A stretch of DNA of 40,039 bases from a virus. Location: positions 1 through 40,039 of the IMG/VR virus record IMGVR_UViG_3300028175_000008; one strand, given 5' to 3'. Positions 33,456 to 40,039 of this stretch are shown one piece after another. Positions within the stretch are counted from its first letter, which is position 1. Every line of letters begins with the position of its first letter. The position numbers were made by a program, and so were the translations under genes. The notes under the pieces were generated by a model that was not told the DNA's origin, made no database searches, and saw nothing but the letters and a program-made list of their open reading frames with translations.

Positions 33456-33633
33456 ATTAAATGAACTAAACGAACAGATTACTAAACTATACACTGAATT
33501 TTCAGAAAACCATGAAATATATTCTGAAAAGGGTAACAAAGCAGCAGGTGGTAGAGCACGAAAAGCTCTCGGTGAATTGAAGAAATTAGTTACCGGATAT
33601 AGAAAAGCATCAGTAGAAGAATCTAAACAATAG
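33448..33633 (+). CDS. Histone H1-like Hc1-family protein
   Basis: KGNKAAGGRARKAL.ELKKL...YRKAS pattern; GAGGAG SD. Confidence 0.75.
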   Translation: MSKLNELNEQITKLYTEFSENHEIYSEKGNKAAGGRARKALGELKKLVTGYRKASVEESKQ

Positions 33634-33673
33634 TTAATATATATTATATTTATTACTATTAAGGATACATTAA

Positions 33674-33859
33674 ATGTTAAGAAAAAATAGAATATTAGAA
33701 CATATTGAACAGTTACAACTTTCGATGGAGAGATTAAGGTCAAACTTATTCGACGCCGAAGGAAAGGTTATTCCAGTAAAAGAACTCGCTGGTAGATTAG
33801 AAATAATGGAAGATAAAATATCTATTATTTTAAATCTCATCGAGTTAGAAGATGAATAA
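33674..33859 (+). CDS. Hypothetical coiled-coil protein
   Basis: AAGGA SD. Confidence 0.65.
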   Translation: MLRKNRILEHIEQLQLSMERLRSNLFDAEGKVIPVKELAGRLEIMEDKISIILNLIELEDE

Positions 33860-33880
33860 CAAAGTAATTGGAGAGATCAT

Positions 33881-34822
33881 GTGGAGACGCAAAATAGTAA
33901 AACATTTCCATATTTAGTAGGATTAGCAGCACTACTCGTAGCGGGTAGTGCGGCATTCTATTCAGTATATGGATTATCAAAATTATTCGCCGGAGCAGCA
34001 TTAGCAGTAGTGATAATGGCAGGATCATTAGAGTTTGCAAAGTTAGTAACAGCATCATTCTTATATCGGTATTGGACTAAAATAAATGGGTTTATGAAAA
34101 CTTATCTATTGGTTGGAACAATAACTTTAGTTGGAATTACATCAGCAGGTATATTCGGATTCTTATCCAATGCCTATCAAGGGGCCACAGTAGAGTTTGA
34201 GAAACAATCTACAAAACTGATTTACAAAGAAGATAGATTAGAACAGTTAGAAGAAGATAAGGTATATCTAAAAAGTGAATTAGAACAATCTGTAGCATTA
34301 TTACCGGACAACTATATTACAGCCAGACGAAAACTCCGTGAAGATTACAACCCAAAAATTTTAAACCTAAATGAACAAATATTAGATATTAAAGAAGATA
34401 TTGGAGATTTAAAAACAGTATTAATTGAAACCGGTGTTGATGTAGGTCCAGCTATCTATCTTGCCAGAACATTCAAAACCGATATAGATACAGTAGTTAA
34501 GTTTTTTATATTCATCCTCATTTTCGTGTTTGACCCAATGGCTGTCGTATTAGTTATTGCATATAACATAGCAATGGTTCATAGAGCAGAACATCACACT
34601 CCACCAGAAAATACAGAACCAAAGAAACGAAAAAAGTGGTGGAAACTATATGGTGAAGATAAACCATTATTTGAGAAACTTGTTAAAGAAACAATAGAAC
34701 CGGATATTACTGAAAAAAAGTTAGATAAGGTTATAGAAGAAACAAAAGTTATAAAGGAAACTCCAACAGTCCCACAAGATCGTGGAATACACTATCCAGT
34801 CGTAGAAAATAAAAATAAATAA
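33881..34822 (+). CDS. Membrane protein with a coiled coil
   Basis: Three N-terminal TMs, coiled coil, TM with FDPMAV. Confidence 0.8.
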   Translation: METQNSKTFPYLVGLAALLVAGSAAFYSVYGLSKLFAGAALAVVIMAGSLEFAKLVTASFLYRYWTKINGFMKTYLLVGTITLVGITSAGIFGFLSNAYQGATVEFEKQSTKLIYKEDRLEQLEEDKVYLKSELEQSVALLPDNYITARRKLREDYNPKILNLNEQILDIKEDIGDLKTVLIETGVDVGPAIYLARTFKTDIDTVVKFFIFILIFVFDPMAVVLVIAYNIAMVHRAEHHTPPENTEPKKRKKWWKLYGEDKPLFEKLVKETIEPDITEKKLDKVIEETKVIKETPTVPQDRGIHYPVVENKNK

Positions 34823-34835
34823 ACAAAAATAACAC

Positions 34836-34864
34836 TTGACTTGTATTGATCTTTTCCGTATATT
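34836..34864 (+). promoter_or_regulatory. Sigma70-type promoter
   Basis: TTGACT-N17-TATATT. Confidence 0.8.
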
Positions 34865-34878
34865 CTAATAGAAATTAA

Positions 34879-35091
34879 ATGGAGAAACTAATGAACTCGA
34901 CAAATGATACAGAATTAAATTTCATAGATGATAGATATGACGGTCCTGATGTTGGTGAGTTATATGATATTGAATTGGAATATAATGAAGAAATGCCTAT
35001 GAGAGCATATGAAGAAAATGTTGGAATAGAACTTTATGATGATGAAGTATTAAATATGATATCAGAACCAGAATATTTAGGAGATAGATAA
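34879..35091 (+). CDS. Acidic hypothetical protein
   Basis: Behind promoter; the start may be ATG 34891 (GGAG SD). Confidence 0.6.
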   Translation: MEKLMNSTNDTELNFIDDRYDGPDVGELYDIELEYNEEMPMRAYEENVGIELYDDEVLNMISEPEYLGDR

Positions 35092-35328
35092 ATGACTTGG
35101 TTTTTTGATGAAGAGTTTGAGTATTTTGATGAAGATACTAATATTTATTATAATGTATCGTGGAATGTAACGAGTGATGAAGTTCACATAACAAAAATTA
35201 ATGAAATGTCTGGCGATGATTTTTGGAAATTTAATGAAAATCTTGCTGGCGAAATTATGGACTATATAGATATGGAATATGTTAATGATGAAGATTTTTG
35301 GTTTGACAAATCACACCCAGAATTATAA
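35092..35328 (+). CDS. Acidic hypothetical protein
   Basis: AGGAG SD. Confidence 0.7.
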   Translation: MTWFFDEEFEYFDEDTNIYYNVSWNVTSDEVHITKINEMSGDDFWKFNENLAGEIMDYIDMEYVNDEDFWFDKSHPEL

Positions 35329-35338
35329 AAAATAACAC

Positions 35339-35367
35339 TTGACTTTCTCATTTTTTTGTTGTAAGAT
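35339..35367 (+). promoter_or_regulatory. Sigma70-type promoter
   Basis: TTGACT-N17-TAAGAT. Confidence 0.85.
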
Positions 35368-35394
35368 CAAAGGAAACTAAAAGGACAAAATCAT

Positions 35395-35727
35395 ATGGTA
35401 TATAATGAAGTAAAAAAATTAGCAGGTAAATATCGTAAAGAGTTAATTCCGATGTTAAAGAAAATGGGATTTAATGCTTCGATAACTTCTAGCAACACTT
35501 ATTGGAAAAATACAATATCTGTTACTATTAAAACGGTCCCAAAGAATTTTCCAGTTTGGTCAGAAAAATATAGTCGTTGGCAATTAATGGATAAAGCGGA
35601 AAGATTGAAAAAATCCATTGGAAATAGAATGAATGTTTTATTTGAAGATACTGATGTTGAAGGTAATGTTAAATTTGATAATAATATCCCATTTATAGAA
35701 TATAAAGGATCTGAAGATGCATACTAA
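35395..35727 (+). CDS. Early hypothetical protein
   Basis: AAGGA SD. Confidence 0.75.
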   Translation: MVYNEVKKLAGKYRKELIPMLKKMGFNASITSSNTYWKNTISVTIKTVPKNFPVWSEKYSRWQLMDKAERLKKSIGNRMNVLFEDTDVEGNVKFDNNIPFIEYKGSEDAY

Positions 35728-36052
35728 AAGTTGGTTACTTGTAATGTCGGATGATGACATAGGCATAAACTCAAATGACATTAAAACAATATACCACGGT
35801 AAGACAGAAGATGAAATGGTAGAAATGATGGATTTATTTCAAGATATGAATGACCATATGATTTTACATTTGATTGAAGTTGATAAGGACGCTACATATG
35901 AAAATTTAAAAGTAGAGCATGGACAACCAGTATTATTTATGGATAGTAAACATAATTGGAATAGTGGTAAAACATTTGATGACATACTAGATGATGTATT
36001 AGAAGAAAAAATTAATGACGCAATACAAACAGGCGACATTGGTGTCGCATAA
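35717..36052 (+). CDS. Hypothetical protein
   Basis: Overlapping start. Confidence 0.7.
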   Translation: MHTKSWLLVMSDDDIGINSNDIKTIYHGKTEDEMVEMMDLFQDMNDHMILHLIEVDKDATYENLKVEHGQPVLFMDSKHNWNSGKTFDDILDDVLEEKINDAIQTGDIGVA

Positions 36053-36067
36053 ACAAAGGAAAACAAA

Positions 36068-36502
36068 ATGAAACAAAAAGTAAGTAACTCATATGAAGTA
36101 GATGGAATTCGTTATATGGAATGTTCATGTGGACGTGAAGTTAAAAGTGTAGGAGATGAAGCGGTATCCGTAAAGTGTAGTATGTGTGTTAATATGGTTA
36201 TGGCACGAGACTACCCAGTTGAAAAATCAAAATCAGCATATAGTCCAACCGGTCGTCCAGTTGGATGGCATTGGATGTCAGAATTTGTTGATGTGGATGG
36301 TAATGTTTTTCATAAGGGTAAAGAACAACCTAAACTCAAAGGTACATTAAAACCTACGAAAGTTATACCATCCAAGAAGAAAACGAAACGTAGAACTAAA
36401 CAACAGATGTTACTTGCTATGGATAAGGAACGGAAAGTAGCGTTAAAGAAAGCAATCAAAAAACAAAAAGATTTTTTAAATCACAAACTCGGAGAAGAAT
36501 AA
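36068..36502 (+). CDS. Zn-ribbon hypothetical protein
   Basis: CSCG...CSMC; basic tail. Confidence 0.75.
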   Translation: MKQKVSNSYEVDGIRYMECSCGREVKSVGDEAVSVKCSMCVNMVMARDYPVEKSKSAYSPTGRPVGWHWMSEFVDVDGNVFHKGKEQPKLKGTLKPTKVIPSKKKTKRRTKQQMLLAMDKERKVALKKAIKKQKDFLNHKLGEE

Positions 36503-36504
36503 AT

Positions 36505-36729
36505 ATGGAATTAATGAATTGGGTTATAAAACCATTTAATACTGGTACAATGTGGATGAATGAACAGATGTCCAGTACTATGTTTGGATTAAAAATATCA
36601 ACGTGGATGTGGATAGTATCAGCAATGTTATGGTGGAATATAATAGATACTGGTATAGAATCTAAAATAGATAATGCTTATAATATGGGTTTTAATGCAG
36701 GTATTAAATTAACAGAGGCAATAAAATAA
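36505..36729 (+). CDS. Hypothetical membrane protein
   Basis: GGAG SD; one TM. Confidence 0.6.
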   Translation: MELMNWVIKPFNTGTMWMNEQMSSTMFGLKISTWMWIVSAMLWWNIIDTGIESKIDNAYNMGFNAGIKLTEAIK

Positions 36730-36872
36730 TGGCAAGAAAAAAGAAAAAAGATACACCGTTTCATATAGCTCATAATTATAAACAGTATGAGTTAAAGGAT
36801 GGAACTAAATTCTGGGCAAAAGATGATCCTGACGCTGAACTTTACAGAAAAAAGATGGGAGAAATAAAATGA
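36729..36872 (+). CDS. 47-aa basic protein
   Basis: MARKKKKDTPF...; coupled on both sides. Confidence 0.6.
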   Translation: MARKKKKDTPFHIAHNYKQYELKDGTKFWAKDDPDAELYRKKMGEIK

Positions 36873-37117
36873 CATTAAAACCAATGAAGCCAATAACAAA
36901 ACCAGGAGAAGGAACACCACGTCAAAAGTATATGAGTCAGGAAGTATTTCTGGAAGAACGATACCAAATCTCTGCAGGATTAAAAGGTCCTAAGCGATTA
37001 GATAACGAAACCCACGAAGATTTTGTTTTACGTCGTAATGCAGAAAGTGGGTTACTTAAAGAATATCTCCGTGGAGTTTGGGTGATAGATGGTAATTCAA
37101 CGGCATTAGACAAATGA
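36869..37117 (+). CDS. Hypothetical protein
   Basis: GGGAG SD. Confidence 0.7.
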   Translation: MTLKPMKPITKPGEGTPRQKYMSQEVFLEERYQISAGLKGPKRLDNETHEDFVLRRNAESGLLKEYLRGVWVIDGNSTALDK

Positions 37118-37395
37118 TGTCCGAACTTACAATAATGGATAGAAATTATTTTAAGTCCAAAGAGAATCCCGATGCGGAACTATATGCATTTCGAACTAAA
37201 TGTTGTGATGAAAGTGTTGAACAACACACTCTAAATAAGAACGTACCAGAAGAGTGGGAACAAGTTGAAAATCATTGTGAACGTGTATTGAATCAATATA
37301 GTAATTTTGAATCAATCACTCCAATTTTCTGTGATGAATGTGGGAGACTGTTGGAATATCAAGTAGTGTTGTATAATAAGAAAACGTGGGGATGA
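37114..37395 (+). CDS. Hypothetical Zn-binding protein
   Basis: CC...HC...FCDECG. Confidence 0.65.
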   Translation: MMSELTIMDRNYFKSKENPDAELYAFRTKCCDESVEQHTLNKNVPEEWEQVENHCERVLNQYSNFESITPIFCDECGRLLEYQVVLYNKKTWG

Positions 37396-37661
37396 ATACT
37401 GTATTAAAAAAACTTAAACATTTACGGTCAACTATGATTCAATGGGCGGACTACAATAAAAAACGTGTTAATGGTGGTGAGTATAAAATACCACCAGGTA
37501 AGGAATTGAATTGTACAGATAGAGATTGGAGTAGTGATTTTAAATATGTTACTAAACTTGAATATGGTTATATGGATGACGGTTATATAAGTGAGTTAGA
37601 TTTTAAATACTGTAACAGATTATATAAGGTATACAGGATGGTTTATGCGAAAAATAATTAA
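37392..37661 (+). CDS. Hypothetical protein with CNRLYKVY C-terminal motif
   Basis: ATGA overlap. Confidence 0.7.
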   Translation: MNTVLKKLKHLRSTMIQWADYNKKRVNGGEYKIPPGKELNCTDRDWSSDFKYVTKLEYGYMDDGYISELDFKYCNRLYKVYRMVYAKNN

Positions 37662-38283
37662 TTGCAACAAAGAACATAATCCGGTTATAAATAAGAAACT
37701 CAAAAAAGTTTCAGTTGAAGATGGGTTAAAAATAGCAACAGAATTATTCCAGATTTTAAGTAAAAATAAATCGGGAATCGGATTGGCAGCCCCACAGTGC
37801 AATATAGACGCTCAAGTAGCAGTAGTAAATGTTAGAGAACCACTTATACTAATCAACCCAACAGTAATTGAAAAATGGGACGAAATAGATTTTTATGAGG
37901 GATGTCTCTCATATCCAAAGAAAGGTGTACACACCAAACGATATAAGAATATTATAGTACATACAGAACAAGAAGAAAGTAATTGGTATTTTAGTGGAGT
38001 TTCAACAAACAGTGGTAAAGGAATTTGGGAAAAAGAAAATGCAGATGATAAAGATTTACGGTTACTTGAAGCAATCGCTGTACAACATGAAATTTCACAT
38101 CTTAACGGAAAAACAATATTTGATTATGAGAAAAAAATAGTTCCGTTTAAAAATGATAAAATGTACGAAAGAAATGATAAAGTAAAAGTAAAAAATAATA
38201 TAACAGGAGAAATTAAAAATTTAAAATATAAAAAGGTTATGAATGATTTAGGTAATGACAAAAAATGGACAATTTTAAATTAA
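37645..38283 (+). CDS. def: Peptide deformylase
   Basis: GIGLAAPQ, EGCLS, QHEISHLNG. Confidence 0.95.
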   Translation: MRKIINCNKEHNPVINKKLKKVSVEDGLKIATELFQILSKNKSGIGLAAPQCNIDAQVAVVNVREPLILINPTVIEKWDEIDFYEGCLSYPKKGVHTKRYKNIIVHTEQEESNWYFSGVSTNSGKGIWEKENADDKDLRLLEAIAVQHEISHLNGKTIFDYEKKIVPFKNDKMYERNDKVKVKNNITGEIKNLKYKKVMNDLGNDKKWTILN

Positions 38284-38294
38284 ATGATATTTAT

Positions 38295-38386
38295 TATAGG
38301 ACAAGGACAGCGGAGTTGCTACCGTTTCCCGAAACCTTAGTAAGTAAGGATTACTTGTTCTATAACATTAATAATCTACTAAGGAG
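38295..38386 (+). promoter_or_regulatory. Structured leader with an anti-SD alternative
   Basis: 11-bp closing stem, two inner hairpins; CCTTAGTA can instead pair with TACTAAGG over the SD. Confidence 0.6.
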
Positions 38387-38393
38387 AAATAAA

Positions 38394-39329
38394 ATGAAAT
38401 GTCAAATTTGTAATAAAAGTTTTAAAACAATGATGTGGTTATCACGACATCTATCAAAAAATCACCCTAATATATCTCACGAGACTTATTATCAAAATTT
38501 CATGGCAGAAAATGATAATGAAATATTATGTAGTAGAGACGAATGTAGTAATAAAACTCAATTTAAAAATATAGGAACTGGATATAAATATTATTGTTCT
38601 ATTAAGTGTCGTGGTATAGATAATAGAAATTTAGACAAAAGAAAATGGAAACTTCTATCAGGTATTGAAAATATTGATTATATGAAATGTCAAATATGTG
38701 GGAAAAAACTAAGACAAATACATTTTAGACATTTAGATACTCACAATATAACATTTCAAGAATATAAAAATAAATTTCCAAACGCGCCGGTTGTTTGTAG
38801 TGAATATTCACAATTAACTGCTGATGGAAATTCTAATAGAGAAGTAACAGAAGAAACCTGTGAAAAAATTAGCAATGCCAATAAAGGAAGATTTGCAGGA
38901 TATAAAAATCCATCTTGTAGAAAAGATGTTAAAGATAAAATAAGAAAATCATTACTTAAATTTTATCAAACTGACGAAGGTAAATTAAATAGGTTAAATA
39001 AACGAGAAGCTGTTATTGAAAGAATTGGATTAACCGGAAGCATTATTGGTTTTAATAAAGTTGCTTGCGAGTACTTTGATTGGTTAAATAAATATAATGG
39101 ATGGAATGGACAACATGCAATGAATGGCGGAGAGAAAAAGGTAGCTGGATATTTTGTGGATTATTATGAATCGATATATAATATAGTGATAGAATGGGAT
39201 GAAGATAACCATTATTTTAATGGCAAGTTAAAGAAAAAAGATATTGAGCGTATGAATGAAATAAAAGAAGTATTAAATTGTGATTTTTATAGAATTAGAG
39301 AAAGAGATTTGACGTTTGAAAAATATTAA
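38394..39329 (+). CDS. Zn-finger/NUMOD-like plus Vsr/DUF559-like endonuclease (putative homing endonuclease)
   Basis: CQIC..H..H fingers x2; GYFVDYY...VIEWDEDNH; AAGGAG SD before 38394. Confidence 0.8.
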   Translation: MKCQICNKSFKTMMWLSRHLSKNHPNISHETYYQNFMAENDNEILCSRDECSNKTQFKNIGTGYKYYCSIKCRGIDNRNLDKRKWKLLSGIENIDYMKCQICGKKLRQIHFRHLDTHNITFQEYKNKFPNAPVVCSEYSQLTADGNSNREVTEETCEKISNANKGRFAGYKNPSCRKDVKDKIRKSLLKFYQTDEGKLNRLNKREAVIERIGLTGSIIGFNKVACEYFDWLNKYNGWNGQHAMNGGEKKVAGYFVDYYESIYNIVIEWDEDNHYFNGKLKKKDIERMNEIKEVLNCDFYRIRERDLTFEKY

Positions 39330-39359
39330 AAAAGCTAAACCGCTTATAGATAGTGGAAA

Positions 39360-39620
39360 ATGGGAAATTTATACTGGAGGTCCAATCACTTGAAGAAGAA
39401 AATAAAATCACCAATAAAACGAAAATGTCATAATTGTGGAAAGATGGCAACTAATCCATTAGTATACCACGTAGTTCCACCTCTTGGATCATTTGAAGAA
39501 ATGCCAATATATAGAAAGTCTGATATTAAAATAGATAGGTCGGACTTAAAGGGTAAAAGTAAAATACAACTATATAATTATTGTGATGTTGAATGTTGTA
39601 ATAATCACAATAGAATTTAA
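39360..39620 (+). CDS. Hypothetical Zn-binding protein
   Basis: CHNCG...YCDVECC. Confidence 0.6.
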   Translation: MGNLYWRSNHLKKKIKSPIKRKCHNCGKMATNPLVYHVVPPLGSFEEMPIYRKSDIKIDRSDLKGKSKIQLYNYCDVECCNNHNRI

Positions 39621-39622
39621 TT

Positions 39623-39686
39623 AAAAATAAAGCTTGACTTTTACGATTTTTCGTAGTATATTAAGGCAACAAATGAGGAATAAAAA
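39623..39686 (+). promoter_or_regulatory. Promoter plus RBS module, exact 64-bp repeat copy 2
   Basis: Identical to 25351-25414. Confidence 0.92.
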
Positions 39687-40039
39687 ATGAGCACTCGGTC
39701 ATATATAGCAAAGAAACAACCAGACGAAACATTCAAGGCAGTATATTGTCATTTCGACGGGTATCCAGAAGGGGTTGGACAAACATTAGTAGATAGTTTT
39801 ACTGATGAAAATAAAGTAGATAAGTTACTTAAACTCGGATCATTATCATACTTACGAGACGACATTGAAACACAAAATAATTTTAAAACATTCCCAATAA
39901 GAGGAAATGAAATTGAATTGAAAGATGTTACAATGGCATATCATAGAGACAGAGGTGATGATTTAGAAATAAATGAATTTTCTAACTTGGAACCAATGTT
40001 AGATTATTTTGATAAGTCATGGGGGGACTATCTCTATTT
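39687..40039 (+). CDS. Hypothetical phage protein, truncated by the window end
   Basis: MSTRSYI...VYCHFDGYPEGVG..L; open to the end of the window. Confidence 0.8.
   Translation, partial: MSTRSYIAKKQPDETFKAVYCHFDGYPEGVGQTLVDSFTDENKVDKLLKLGSLSYLRDDIETQNNFKTFPIRGNEIELKDVTMAYHRDRGDDLEINEFSNLEPMLDYFDKSWGDYLY

Noticed and set aside
5392-37802. Minus-strand ORFs of 60 aa or more in the track (for example 18501-18905, 30762-31124, 14236-14556)
   Set aside because: They are antisense shadows of strong plus-strand genes or tRNAs, with no SD or motif support
1-40039. Stop-codon recoding (alternative genetic code)
   Set aside because: Long genes are intact under code 11, TAA, TAG and TGA all terminate coupled genes, and no suppressor tRNA is seen

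Overview
AT-rich (about 30% GC by eye), almost entirely plus-strand segment that reads as the accessory/early region of a large dsDNA bacteriophage. No virion or core replication genes are in the window, so the phage call is inferred from gene content and density. Main contents: (1) a repeat- and palindrome-rich, mostly non-coding zone with hidden microproteins (about 600-2450); (2) a dense array of sigma70-type promoters (TTGACW-N17-TAAGAT/TATATT), most driving one tiny ORF, with 18 copies window-wide including an exact 64-bp duplicate; (3) a two-copy, circularly permuted structured-RNA motif (4572-4628 and 5146-5195), the best candidate for an undescribed element; (4) a cluster of 16 tRNA or tRNA-like genes, including degenerate copies and a rearranged Ile(GAT)-like RNA, interleaved with putative homing endonucleases; (5) auxiliary genes (metallophosphoesterase, cupin, cytidylyltransferase, YkuK-like RNase H, PhoH, PC4, IscA-like, thermonuclease, peptide deformylase); (6) a VWA/MoxR-type AAA+ pair; (7) a helicase-methyltransferase fusion plus a short methyltransferase; (8) a chaperone cluster (Hsp20, GroES, GroEL, J-domain protein) next to an Hc1-like protein. 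All calls come from manual reading of motifs and base pairing; no database search was run.
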